A stretch of DNA of 64,000 bases, taken from a virus. The DNA lies in the IMG/VR virus record IMGVR_UViG_3300050821_018577, positions 114,859 through 178,858 of that record; one strand, 5' to 3'. The translations under genes were made by a program, and so were the position numbers. Positions 10,334 to 19,856 of this stretch are shown here, one piece after another (positions within the stretch are counted from its first letter, which is position 1; every line of letters starts with the position of its first letter). Under the pieces are notes generated by a model. It did no database searches. It saw nothing but the letters and a program-made list of their open reading frames with translations, and had not been told where the DNA came from.

Positions 10334-11032
10334 ATGGCCACCCAAATGCCAGTGGTAGTGCTCGACCGCAAGAAAATCGAAGAGATACAGACGAGCGTAC
10401 CGCAATTATTGATACAGGCCCAAGAGCTCACGGTGGAGAACGTGGAGGATTTCGTGGCCGCTGGTAGCCTGTTGAATGTCATCGATGCGCGCAAAAAAAG
10501 CATATTCGAGTTTTTTGAGGAGCCGGCGAAACAGGCAAACAACGTCCACAAATTCATTACCTCGCTGCGCACCACACTGGTCTCACCGCTGCTTAAAGCA
10601 GAAACACTTATGAAGGACCGGCGCCGCTACTTTCGCGCCGAAGAGGAGCGCAAGCGGCTGGAAAAAGAAGAAGCGGAACGCCAAGCCGCCAAAGCAGAAC
10701 AGGAACAGAGAGCCTTGCAGCATGCTGCGGAGATGGAATCGATCGGGGAACACGAAGCCGCCGATTTCATCATTGACCAAGCGGCGGCCGCGCCGCCGCC
10801 GCCCGTGGTTGTCCCGAGCACGATTCCGAAAGAGCAAGGCCATTCCTTTCGCAAGGTCTGGAAATTCCGAGTCACCAATCCAGCCCTTCACAAAAAGGAG
10901 TTTTTGATTCTGGATGAATCCAAGGCGCAAGCTATCGTTTCTAAGCTCGGGCCGGATGCTGCGGCGATTGTCGGCGGGATCGAAGTTTACTCCGAAGAGC
11001 AGGAAATTGTGCGAGGGAGAAAGAATGGCTGA
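10334..11032 (+). CDS. coiled-coil phage protein (Gp157-like)
   Basis: Charged coiled coil, RKVWKFRVTN near C-term; recombination module. Confidence 0.45.
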   Translation: MATQMPVVVLDRKKIEEIQTSVPQLLIQAQELTVENVEDFVAAGSLLNVIDARKKSIFEFFEEPAKQANNVHKFITSLRTTLVSPLLKAETLMKDRRRYFRAEEERKRLEKEEAERQAAKAEQEQRALQHAAEMESIGEHEAADFIIDQAAAAPPPPVVVPSTIPKEQGHSFRKVWKFRVTNPALHKKEFLILDESKAQAIVSKLGPDAAAIVGGIEVYSEEQEIVRGRKNG

Positions 11033-11393
11033 GGAACGCTGTCCAGAATGCTTAGGCCATCGCGGGCTTCCTAGAATGCTCCACGACAGGGATGAGCCGC
11101 GGGAATGCGCCAATGAATTTCATAAGACGTTGGCGCCTGTCATAGAAATGCCTTTGTCCGTGACAGAACCTACAACGGAGCCAGTGCCATCCGCGCAGCC
11201 GCCTGGCACCAAACCAATCTGCCCTTATTGTAGCTGCGAGGGTAAAGTTGTTGGTTCGATGACGACGCTTGGGTCGGCGGCAGCATCTTTCAAGGTCATG
11301 GCTGTTTATTGCGCCAGTTGCCACAAGTATCTAGGGTTCTTCCAGCCACTGAGTTTGGAAATGATGCCACCGCCAACACCGGGAGTACATTGA
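11025..11393 (+). CDS. hypothetical Cys-motif protein
   Basis: RBS plus ATG 11025; CPEC, CPYC, CASC. Confidence 0.55.
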   Translation: MAEERCPECLGHRGLPRMLHDRDEPRECANEFHKTLAPVIEMPLSVTEPTTEPVPSAQPPGTKPICPYCSCEGKVVGSMTTLGSAAASFKVMAVYCASCHKYLGFFQPLSLEMMPPPTPGVH

Positions 11394-12055
11394 TGGCCGT
11401 AAAAGGTAAGACGTTTGATGGGCCGTTGGACCCTGTAGAAGATTTCAACCAGCCGACAACTGTGCCGGGATCTCCTGCCTCGGAGCAGATAGGCAAATCG
11501 ATTGAAGAACAAGCGCAGGACTTTGCGGACAAAGTCGCCGGCCCGCGTGAGCCGGAACAGCAAATGCTTCCAGGTGTCGAGTCGGTTCCCGACACTCCGC
11601 AATTCATTCGCAACAAGCAAATGTTCGCGGATTTTGTCGAGGCAGTCCTGGCGCGCGATAAGGATGATGGACCGCTCCTGAAACTCAAGTTTTCCTTTAT
11701 GCTCACGCCGGAACATGAAGCCTATCTCCCGGGAGAAGTTGTCGGCGCATGGAGGATCGTGAAGATGGGAGGCTGTAAGCGATACGACATCATCGACATG
11801 CCGCCGCAGACTATCACTATCAACGAGGTTCCAGACGACGAGGAAGTAACGGACGTCAAAATCGTGAGCGCGGTAATTGAAAAGCCGTCGCTACAGTTCA
11901 TCGAGGAATCTGGCAGCGGCAAGAATAAATCCGGTATTCGCTTCTCGTTTACGGCGGTCACCGGCCGCGATGATGACCCCATGGAATTTGCTATTCAGCA
12001 CGATGGCGATGGCGTGTGGATCACGCTCGCAGCAACGGAGCCTAAACTTTTATGA
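11393..12055 (+). CDS. hypothetical acidic protein
   Basis: TGATG coupling to previous gene. Confidence 0.6.
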   Translation: MAVKGKTFDGPLDPVEDFNQPTTVPGSPASEQIGKSIEEQAQDFADKVAGPREPEQQMLPGVESVPDTPQFIRNKQMFADFVEAVLARDKDDGPLLKLKFSFMLTPEHEAYLPGEVVGAWRIVKMGGCKRYDIIDMPPQTITINEVPDDEEVTDVKIVSAVIEKPSLQFIEESGSGKNKSGIRFSFTAVTGRDDDPMEFAIQHDGDGVWITLAATEPKLL

Positions 12056-12212
12056 AGAGCGAGCCCAGTTTCGTAACAACTCACACCTGGACGTCGGCCT
12101 ACAGGCTGGCGAAATGCGAATGCGGAAAGCAAACAACGGGCATCCTGAAAAATTTGGCAACCGGAAAGAAGAGGCCGTTCTGCTCGGAGTGTGCTTTTAA
12201 AAAAGGGTTTCG

Positions 12213-12431
12213 ATGAAAAAGAAGCGTCGCAGATTTTCAGCCATGCGGTTTCGCAAAAACGACCCGGGCCACAACGTCTTGGTTGCAGTGAATCGTTGGG
12301 TACGCGCCAACGGTGGAAATCTTGTCGTCATCGGCGGTATCGAAGTTCAGGATTGGGCCGAAGGATTAGGAAAATTCAAAGTTGCAATTCCGTGCTTGGG
12401 CAAGAAACCAGTCAAGAAGGAGGGAGAATGA
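12213..12431 (+). CDS. hypothetical protein
   Basis: ORF with ATGA overlap to next gene. Confidence 0.5.
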   Translation: MKKKRRRFSAMRFRKNDPGHNVLVAVNRWVRANGGNLVVIGGIEVQDWAEGLGKFKVAIPCLGKKPVKKEGE

Positions 12432-13093
12432 AAATTGAACCATATCCGTTGACCTGGCCCGAAGGTTGGCCACGAACACTGCTTCGGGACCGCCAGAAAA
12501 ACGGCCAATGGAAAGACACGCTACTGCAAAGCCTCGATAAACTCAGGAAGGAAATGGCAAAAATGAAGTCGTTGTCATTTGTAATTTCCTGCAACATCCC
12601 GCCGAGCGGTCCAGTAGTGGATGACGCTACCGGAAAACCATTGAACTACAAATTCCAGGACGTGCCCGCACCCGCGGATACCGGAGTCGCGGTGTGGTTT
12701 TCGCGCCAGCAAAAGGATGACTACTCCTGGCAAGAAACCCTGCACATCCCATCCCCGGCTCCGTCCGAGAAGGAAATATGGGATGCCTTCAAAAAATATG
12801 CCGCGCAGTACCACCCCGACAATCTACGCACTGGCGATGTCAACATCTACATGCGCTACGACGAAGCAAAAAAAAGAGCGTTACGCTTCATCGCCCGCAA
12901 GACCGGAGCCGAGTTTCAGCAGTGCGTGGCAATCGATGTCTTTGAAGAAGTAAAGTGGAACCTGCGCGCCGTGCAGATGTCGCTCGGTTATATGCGCGGG
13001 TTAGAGAACTGCGGAGGAGCGGCGATCCTCGAGCGCGCCATGGAATCTTTTATCGCCATCCCGGAGAAAGCCAGTGCCACATCCACAACTTGA
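12428..13093 (+). CDS. phage J-domain-containing protein
   Basis: PYPLTWPEGWPRT N-term; WQETLHI..HPD J domain. Confidence 0.75.
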   Translation: MKIEPYPLTWPEGWPRTLLRDRQKNGQWKDTLLQSLDKLRKEMAKMKSLSFVISCNIPPSGPVVDDATGKPLNYKFQDVPAPADTGVAVWFSRQQKDDYSWQETLHIPSPAPSEKEIWDAFKKYAAQYHPDNLRTGDVNIYMRYDEAKKRALRFIARKTGAEFQQCVAIDVFEEVKWNLRAVQMSLGYMRGLENCGGAAILERAMESFIAIPEKASATSTT

Positions 13094-13583
13094 AGCTCCC
13101 AAAACTCAGCCATCGGTCGAGGAGGTGATTGAGGAGCGCGATGACCTACGGAGGCAACTCCGCGGCCTCAAGGAAGAACTCCGCGAAAAAGAGGAGCAAC
13201 TGGAAGCAGCACGCTCTGGCTCGGTCGCTGCAGTGAAGGCGCTAAAGAGTCTACGTATCGTGTTAGAACCAATACACAAGGCGCTCAAGATGGTGTTCGG
13301 TGAACTGGATGCCGCTGGAATCGAAACCGAGGGCCAATCTGAATCTATCTCCTCTTCTCCCGGCACCCGCTCAAATCTCAAGTGGGAATCTTGGAGGCAA
13401 CGCCTCGGAGGCCGTAAGGCAGAATTTATTGACCTCCTGTTAGTGCATGGAGAGATGAGTCATAAACAATTGGGGGCAGCGAATCATTGCAGCTACCAAA
13501 CGTCCGTGGATACCATTGCGGCCTTGAATAAGGCTGGGATCATCCACAAAAGCGGTGGTAAGTTTTCCCTGAAAGATTTATAA
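13074..13583 (+). CDS. coiled-coil plus winged-helix-like protein
   Basis: Heptads, then LLVHGEMSHKQLG..GIIHKSGGKFSL. Confidence 0.55.
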   Translation: MPHPQLEAPKTQPSVEEVIEERDDLRRQLRGLKEELREKEEQLEAARSGSVAAVKALKSLRIVLEPIHKALKMVFGELDAAGIETEGQSESISSSPGTRSNLKWESWRQRLGGRKAEFIDLLLVHGEMSHKQLGAANHCSYQTSVDTIAALNKAGIIHKSGGKFSLKDL

Positions 13584-13732
13584 GCCTCATGGATTCATAG
13601 GATTAAAAGTGTTCCGCGGGAAGAAGTGGCTAAAGAAAAGGAAAACGGTCGAGCAGATAATACACATTCGTTCCGAGGCGTCCAAGAAGGGCTGGCGGAC
13701 ACGAAAGCGGATGATTACAGCCAGGAGAAACA

Positions 13733-14014
13733 ATGGAACTAGAAATCCTTCATAACATGCAGGGCGACAAAAAGCGTGCGTTTGACACCACGACGCCGGA
13801 AGGGCGTCGGCAGACCCAGGCCGGCATCCGGAAGATGATTCGCGAAGGCACGGCGGTCTTCCTGGAACGCGGAAAGAAAACCTATCGCGTAACCGGTTTC
13901 GACGACGCCAAGAATCGATTGCTCGTTCGGGTCGAGGCGCGGGGCAAAGAGGCTGTGCGTGCTCATCCGGAGAAAGGCCGAAAGACTGCTGTGCCGCCTA
14001 GGGCCGGAGGCTGA
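13733..14014 (+). CDS. small protein ending in Gly-Gly
   Basis: RBS AGGAG; C-term VPPRAGG. Confidence 0.65.
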   Translation: MELEILHNMQGDKKRAFDTTTPEGRRQTQAGIRKMIREGTAVFLERGKKTYRVTGFDDAKNRLLVRVEARGKEAVRAHPEKGRKTAVPPRAGG

Positions 14015-14016
14015 CC

Positions 14017-14385
14017 GTGCGACCAGCATCCGAAAGACGGAGAGCTCGCCATCCCACCAAGATGTTGAAGAATATGCAGCGTCTCGGAATCGATGGCGAC
14101 CGCAGAAGTGATGTAGTGGACCCAATGCCGCTGATGGTCCGTTACTTGGATGGCAAGCCCGCCTTGACGAATGACGAACGTGAAATCTTACTGTTTGCAC
14201 TTTACATGGAGAGCATTAAGAAAAAAAACGGACTGGCTTCCAAAGCTCTAAAGCAATTAAAAAAAGGGACATCGTGGCTGAGAATATCGAAGAACTCCGG
14301 CAAGAAGTTGCAGAGAGCCAGAAGTTTGACGTGGACGCTTTTCAATTCCCACCGAACGTCCCGCTCGCGCTACAGGAAGAACTGA
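14017..14385 (+). CDS. hypothetical protein
   Basis: GTG ORF; 3' end overlaps next gene by about 110 nt. Confidence 0.4.
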   Translation: MRPASERRRARHPTKMLKNMQRLGIDGDRRSDVVDPMPLMVRYLDGKPALTNDEREILLFALYMESIKKKNGLASKALKQLKKGTSWLRISKNSGKKLQRARSLTWTLFNSHRTSRSRYRKN

Positions 14386-15179
14386 AAAGAGATTTCAAAT
14401 TCTCCCAAGAAGTACAACGCATGGTTTTGGACCTCGCCGAAAAAATACACACCGGCGAGAACACGATGACTTGGGAAGATTTGCAGAATGCCATCAATCA
14501 ACTGGCCCTAGAGAAACTTGGGACCGAATACGGATTACCACTGCCTTCCATGTATGCGATGAACAGACAGATGGTGATGGCCAAAGGCGTTCCGCTTCGC
14601 CACGTTATCGAACGGCCGGCCAGAACGGAATTGGAAGAAAGCCTCGCTGGCAAAATCAAGGTTCGTAATTCCTGGAGTAAACTCGGCGACGCAGAAATCG
14701 CTATCGTCGAAACGGAGGAAGGCCCATTTGCTTTCCCGCGCTACCACGCCGGCTGGCGCTTGCAAAAACTTCTCGATACCTCTTTTCTTCGTTCCGGAAC
14801 GTCACAAACCGCCGAGGCTGAACTGCGCGCAATGGAATCGCTTAAACAGCGAATCAATAATCGCCAATGGGAATCGTACATCCTGAGCGGAATTTTCCCA
14901 GAAAAATCGGAGAGGTCGGACATCCATTATTTTTTTCGCAAAGGCTATCCCACAATCGCTGCCAGCTATCACGAGGGAATCAAACCAGGTTATGACCAGG
15001 GCCATATACTCGCTTGTTTGTGTCTCCATCCAATTGGCTACTACCAGGGCTCCTACTGCGGCATGATGTGCCCGACCGACGAAGTGATTTGCCATCTCCT
15101 TCTTATGAGGTCAGACGAACGCAAGTATTGGAGTCAATGCGGTCAATGGTCCGCATCTGACCCACGCAGCGGCATATGA
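14274..15179 (+). CDS. conserved phage hypothetical protein
   Basis: C-term CLCLHPIGYY..CPTDEVICHLLLMR motif. Confidence 0.65.
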   Translation: MAENIEELRQEVAESQKFDVDAFQFPPNVPLALQEELKRDFKFSQEVQRMVLDLAEKIHTGENTMTWEDLQNAINQLALEKLGTEYGLPLPSMYAMNRQMVMAKGVPLRHVIERPARTELEESLAGKIKVRNSWSKLGDAEIAIVETEEGPFAFPRYHAGWRLQKLLDTSFLRSGTSQTAEAELRAMESLKQRINNRQWESYILSGIFPEKSERSDIHYFFRKGYPTIAASYHEGIKPGYDQGHILACLCLHPIGYYQGSYCGMMCPTDEVICHLLLMRSDERKYWSQCGQWSASDPRSGI

Positions 15180-15403
15180 GAGAAAAACTTCTACAGTTCC
15201 TCAGAATGCTTGAGCGTGCCATGGTTCCGCCGGTCGGCTGCCACCATTCGCTTACGTACAGCCTGTATGAAGGCGAAGAATTTTTGTGTCTGCAAGTGTG
15301 GATGCCTGGACCGCGCACATTTTTTCTCGTTGACGGCGACCTGGAAAGACCAGCCGAGGATCTCGTTTCGGAAATCCTAGAACTGTGCAAGGAGCCGGCA
15401 TGA
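15176..15403 (+). CDS. hypothetical protein
   Basis: ATGA-coupled ORF. Confidence 0.55.
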   Translation: MREKLLQFLRMLERAMVPPVGCHHSLTYSLYEGEEFLCLQVWMPGPRTFFLVDGDLERPAEDLVSEILELCKEPA

Positions 15404-15603
15404 GCGAAGAACGAGACTTTTCTGTATATGTGACGGAGCAATTTTCATTACCAGAAGGCGTAATTTATATGCACTGGCCTGACCGAATGAGCGAGGAAAG
15501 TTTCAAGGATGTTCGCAAATGGCTAAAGCTCATTGAGCGAAAAATGAAACGGCGAAGCCTTATGGAAACATTCGTGGAAAAGGTAAGTCATGCAGAGCGA
15601 TAA
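15400..15603 (+). CDS. hypothetical protein
   Basis: ATGA-coupled ORF with RBS. Confidence 0.55.
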   Translation: MSEERDFSVYVTEQFSLPEGVIYMHWPDRMSEESFKDVRKWLKLIERKMKRRSLMETFVEKVSHAER

Positions 15604-16144
15604 GTCAACATTTCCTGTTGGCGTCTCCATTTTGCTCGTCAATCGAGATGGCCGCGTAGCCCTCGGATGGCGACCGGTGAACATACCGGCTGGCGGATTC
15701 CTGTCAACGCCTGGTGGACGGATCGAAGAAACCGAACATCTCGAAGAGACGGCGGCGCGAGAGCTCGAGGAAGAAACTGGCGTGCAACTCTTGCCGACAC
15801 AGTTCAAGATTCTTGGATTCAAAGAACATTTCCGGTTCACTGGCCACTACTTCATGATTTATGTTGCCGCCTACTACGATGGACAACTCAAACTCAAAGA
15901 GCCCGATAAATGTCTCGGATGGGATTGGTGGAAACTAGAAGAGATTCCGGCTGACCGTTGCACGGAACCACCTGACATCCTCGCCATGCTTGCCAAACCG
16001 GTAGAGACTGCAACGTTACTGGATTTTATACAGGAATCTATCGCGGTATTTCGGAAACAGCCTGATGGCACGCTGACGTGTAAAGCATGCGCCGACTTGT
16101 TGGATAGGATCATCGGTCGCGCGCGCCAAGCTGAAAGTATATGA
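15590..16144 (+). CDS. Nudix hydrolase
   Basis: Nudix box GGRIEETEHLEETAARELEEETGV. Confidence 0.9.
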   Translation: MQSDKSTFPVGVSILLVNRDGRVALGWRPVNIPAGGFLSTPGGRIEETEHLEETAARELEEETGVQLLPTQFKILGFKEHFRFTGHYFMIYVAAYYDGQLKLKEPDKCLGWDWWKLEEIPADRCTEPPDILAMLAKPVETATLLDFIQESIAVFRKQPDGTLTCKACADLLDRIIGRARQAESI

Positions 16145-16521
16145 AAACCTACGAAGTGACGCGGAGCACGTCCGGGCAAATCGGCGTGCTCGTTCATCAT
16201 CACGAAAACAGGATTCGCAACGCCACACTGCTCAAGCATTGCGTGCTGCATTCGCCTGACGGCTTCGAGACGGGATATTCAGGGTCCGGCCCGAGCGATT
16301 TAGCGGTATCGATTCTCGCCGACCATTTCGGCGTTGCTCCTGAACGCATCGAACGAGTCTATAAACAATCGTGGGGCGTTAGCGACAATCTTGCCGGCAA
16401 AGTGTTTCATCTCCATCATCATTTCAAGGCACATTTCATCGCGCCGCGAAAATTAGAAAAAGGCGAATCCTATCAAATTTCTGGTGACGATATTGCTGCC
16501 TGGATTAGCGACCAACAATGA
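16141..16521 (+). CDS. DUF6166-like protein
   Basis: HSPDGFETGYSGSGPSDLA motif (recalled family). Confidence 0.6.
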   Translation: MKTYEVTRSTSGQIGVLVHHHENRIRNATLLKHCVLHSPDGFETGYSGSGPSDLAVSILADHFGVAPERIERVYKQSWGVSDNLAGKVFHLHHHFKAHFIAPRKLEKGESYQISGDDIAAWISDQQ

Positions 16522-17291
16522 CATCCTTTGCAATCAAAAATATGAGCCCGACAATCGTTTGTGCGGACTGCGGCAATGAAGCACAGAGGACTGGTCCTCG
16601 CCAAAAATATTGCAAGTCATGTTCAGATACGAGAAATGAAAAACGCCAAACTAAATGGGCAAGAGAACATCGGCCTTCTAAAGAACAGATGAATGCACGG
16701 ACTGCAGCTCTCGCACCAGAAATTCGCAATCGCGGTCTTGAAGAGAATAGGAAAAACGCTACAGGGTCCTGGACACCACAACAGCCAGAGCTCGCCTGGG
16801 TTGTGCGAGTAGCTATTCCATTCGACCCTGCGTTTTCAAAAAATCGTGTTTATTCCAATAATGGCAAAGGACACGTTTCTTTGCGAGATGAAGCGCGCAG
16901 AGCTCGCGAGTCTCTCATGTGGACGTTAAAAGAAGCTCTCCGTGGAGTACAAATCGCACAGCGCAAGACGTGGCTGGATATTTTTGTCCAGAAACCACAC
17001 CATCTCGGTGACGCTATAAATTTTATCGATAACGTGTGTGATGCCGTAAAGGATTCGATTGGAGTAGACGACAGATGGTTTTCGATTCGAATGCTTGATT
17101 GGGAAATTGTCTATGAAAACCCAAGAATCTTTGTTGGTATCGGTCAAGAATCTAACGTAGCGACCAGAATTTGTTCGACATGTGGACAACCGCGTACTTT
17201 TGAAGAATTTACGCGGAATGCGCATGACAAACTATTTGGTACAAGCAGAATATGTAAGATTTGCATGAACAGTCCTAATGCACGCACTTGA
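16518..17291 (+). CDS. RusA-like resolvase with Zn-finger flanks
   Basis: GDAINFIDNVCDAVKDSIGVDDRW acidic motif; CxxC at both ends. Confidence 0.55.
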   Translation: MTSFAIKNMSPTIVCADCGNEAQRTGPRQKYCKSCSDTRNEKRQTKWAREHRPSKEQMNARTAALAPEIRNRGLEENRKNATGSWTPQQPELAWVVRVAIPFDPAFSKNRVYSNNGKGHVSLRDEARRARESLMWTLKEALRGVQIAQRKTWLDIFVQKPHHLGDAINFIDNVCDAVKDSIGVDDRWFSIRMLDWEIVYENPRIFVGIGQESNVATRICSTCGQPRTFEEFTRNAHDKLFGTSRICKICMNSPNART

Positions 17292-17399
17292 GCCGGCTGT
17301 AGAGATTCTGGTATGGGAATTACCAAAAAAGGACTATGATGGCAACGCCCAGAGCGGAACCCCTATTACACCGGCCATGGCAAGACCAAAGGAGAAACC

Positions 17400-18026
17400 A
17401 TGATTCTAATGAACCGCCGAAAGATGTTACTTGCGACTGGCACGGGTGGACTCGCGCTCGCGACAGTCGGACTTAGTGAAGGATGCAACGCGAGCAGTTG
17501 GATCACGACAGCTATCAATGACCTTCCGACGATTCTTTCCATCGTGGAAAGCATCATCGGGATCGTTGGCGCGGCACAAGGGTCCGCGGACCCCGCAGCT
17601 TTGGCGCTAGCGCAAAAGCTGGCCGGCGAAGCGAACACGGATCTGCAAACCCTGCAGGCCATCATCAATGGCTACAACGCCAGCCCGACCAAGACCACCG
17701 ACCTACAGAAAATCGATGCGCTGCTTCTGTCTGTGCAATCAAACCTGGCAGGTGTCGAAGGTGCATTGCACATCACCAGTCCGGCAATTCAAGCAGCCAT
17801 TTCCGCGGGGATCAGCGCGGCGCTGGTCATCATCGTTGCCTTGCAGTCGCTCATCCCGCCTCCGGCCGTTCCGGCTCCTGTGCCGGCACCGGCGGGCGCA
17901 ATACGCCAGAATCGTCACGCGGAGCTCTATGCCGCGGCAAAGTCTGGCTCGCAAGCTGCGGTCATCAAGGCCGGCTACAACACGGCTTTGGCGGCTGCCG
18001 GAGCATCGCAGTTTGCCGTACGGTAA
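17400..18026 (+). CDS. Tat-signal lipoprotein
   Basis: NRRKML twin-Arg, hydrophobic core, LSEGC lipobox-like. Confidence 0.65.
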   Translation: MILMNRRKMLLATGTGGLALATVGLSEGCNASSWITTAINDLPTILSIVESIIGIVGAAQGSADPAALALAQKLAGEANTDLQTLQAIINGYNASPTKTTDLQKIDALLLSVQSNLAGVEGALHITSPAIQAAISAGISAALVIIVALQSLIPPPAVPAPVPAPAGAIRQNRHAELYAAAKSGSQAAVIKAGYNTALAAAGASQFAVR

Positions 18027-18111
18027 CGAACCTGGGTAAAAATTGCGCTAGTTTGCACGCGCCTATCGGGAGCGCGGCCCAATTCCCGAGAGAATTTAAT
18101 AGGAGGAGCGC

Positions 18112-18957
18112 ATGCTCGCACTGAGTCCGGCAGGACGTCGCTATGGATATCTCCGGGACGTTCCGGACCATCGCGACTTTGGCATCTCCAATCTTGAAGG
18201 TTTCAAATCCGCCCTTGGAGTATCAAACGTCGACCTGGAATCGTTCTGCGGCCCTGTGCTCGACCAAGGCCAGGAAGGATCCTGTACGGCGCATTTCGGA
18301 GCTGGCGTTCGCGCTTTCCTTGCGAACAAGTATCAAACGCAATCAGTCGAGTTTTCGCCGGCCTTTCTTTACTACCTGGCCCGGCAGATGGACAATTTCT
18401 ATTCGGCCAACAATCGCTGGGCGACCAATGATGAGCTCAAGGCTTTCATTGCGGCCAATCCAGCCGTCGATGATGTAGGCAGCTTTGGCCGAACGATTTG
18501 TCGCGTCTTGAATCAATTTGGCGCATGCACTCGCGCCACTATGCCCTACACTCCTGGCGATTTTTCAACGGCGCCCAACGATGCGCAGTATGCCGAAGCA
18601 TTGACCTACAAAGGCGGCGCTTATCATCGGCTGAACACCGTGGCGGACATGAAGTCCTGTCTCGCGTCCGGCTACACGTTTGGCATCGGATTCACGGTCT
18701 ATGAATCCTTTGAAAGTGACCAGATGGCCAAGGACGGCTTGTGGACGCCAGACGCAGCCAACGAGCGAGTCCTAGGCGGTCATGAAGTGGAAGCGATCGG
18801 TTTCGATGATTCCGTGAACAGCGGCTCGTTCAAGGTCCGAAATTCCTGGAGCGCGACCTGGGGCGCGAAAGGAAACTTTTTCTTGCGCTATGTCGACGCG
18901 GCCAATTCCAATATTTTGCAAGACGCGTGGCTTCCGCATCTCGGAAAAGCATGGTGA
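18112..18957 (+). CDS. papain-like cysteine peptidase (C1A)
   Basis: DQGQEGSCTA (Gln/Cys), GGHEV (His), VRNSWSATWG (Asn). Confidence 0.9.
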   Translation: MLALSPAGRRYGYLRDVPDHRDFGISNLEGFKSALGVSNVDLESFCGPVLDQGQEGSCTAHFGAGVRAFLANKYQTQSVEFSPAFLYYLARQMDNFYSANNRWATNDELKAFIAANPAVDDVGSFGRTICRVLNQFGACTRATMPYTPGDFSTAPNDAQYAEALTYKGGAYHRLNTVADMKSCLASGYTFGIGFTVYESFESDQMAKDGLWTPDAANERVLGGHEVEAIGFDDSVNSGSFKVRNSWSATWGAKGNFFLRYVDAANSNILQDAWLPHLGKAW

Positions 18958-19086
18958 AGAAGTTCATTGAATTATTGCGACAACTTTTTCGTGGCGAACG
19001 CATCTGTCCGGCATGTAAAGTTACCGTTGACGGCCACGGCGATGCCCGCCATGAATCTAGTTGTCCAAACGTGAAGGAGTGGAATT

Positions 19087-19575
19087 ATGGACGCGACTGC
19101 AACTTCTGAACAGCGGCAAATCGAGATAAGAAACATAGCTGCCCTCATCATCAACGCTGGAACAGTCTCGGTCAACGAAGCGCGCGAACTGCTGGACCTC
19201 TCTGAACGGCCGGCTTTATTCGGTCAGCCGAACTGGAATAATTATTCCAGTTCTGTTTCGATACCGAATGTTACGACAGGCGATTGGATGGTCGACCCTC
19301 CAGGCATGACCGTTATCCCTAGTGCTGGGCCAGTGACCACCGTTCCTGCGTTGCCCAATGGCTTTACGGTTTGGCCTGTCAATCCTCCAGCGACTCTTCC
19401 ACCACCGCGGCCGCCGGTCTGGAATGAGCAAATAGATTTCGAGAGAATGCAAGCCTTGCTGGCTGGCATCAATCAATCTCCCGCAAAGCCAAAAAGAAAA
19501 AGAGCTCCAAGGCGCAAGGTGGCGATAGAGGTTGTTCCACTCGATGCCAAGCGCAGGATCCGGCTCGAGGACTGA
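19087..19575 (+). CDS. hypothetical Pro-rich protein
   Basis: ORF with RBS; C-term IEVVPLDAKRRIRLED. Confidence 0.55.
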   Translation: MDATATSEQRQIEIRNIAALIINAGTVSVNEARELLDLSERPALFGQPNWNNYSSSVSIPNVTTGDWMVDPPGMTVIPSAGPVTTVPALPNGFTVWPVNPPATLPPPRPPVWNEQIDFERMQALLAGINQSPAKPKRKRAPRRKVAIEVVPLDAKRRIRLED

Positions 19576-19614
19576 CCCTTTCCCACAGCGAAACTTAGCC
19601 TCTAAAAATAAGTC

Positions 19615-19644
19615 TTGACAAGCGATTCCGTAACCGTTTACGCT
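19615..19644 (+). promoter_or_regulatory. sigma70-type promoter of the ncRNA array
   Basis: TTGACA-18 nt-TACGCT, 8 nt upstream of first array unit. Confidence 0.55.
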
Positions 19645-19652
19645 GATTTTGC

Positions 19653-19773
19653 TCCTGGTACTGTGTTGCTTACATGTTAGCTCAATGGTAGAGCAACTGC
19701 CTTCAAAGCAGTCGGTTGCCGGTTCAAATCCGGTACACGATTCCCCGTAAGGGGAGCAGCGCGACATCCAGGA
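19653..19773 (+). ncRNA. Y-RNA-like unit A (non-permuted tRNA core, UCA anticodon loop)
   Basis: TCCTGG/CCAGGA closing stem, TACTG..TACATG and CGACAT motifs, D-anticodon-T arms inside. Confidence 0.75.
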
Positions 19774-19856
19774 ACACTTTTCGGTGCGTTTCGTTTGTTG
19801 CGACCAATTCGACCGGATTGTCTCATACGCCGGACTACAAATTATGAGACAGCTTT

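Noticed and set aside
19674-19745. Functional opal suppressor or Sec tRNA gene
   Set aside because: Acceptor stem pairs only about 4 of 7, no CCA, no Sec-type long arms, and it is enclosed in the array scaffold; reported as ncRNA instead
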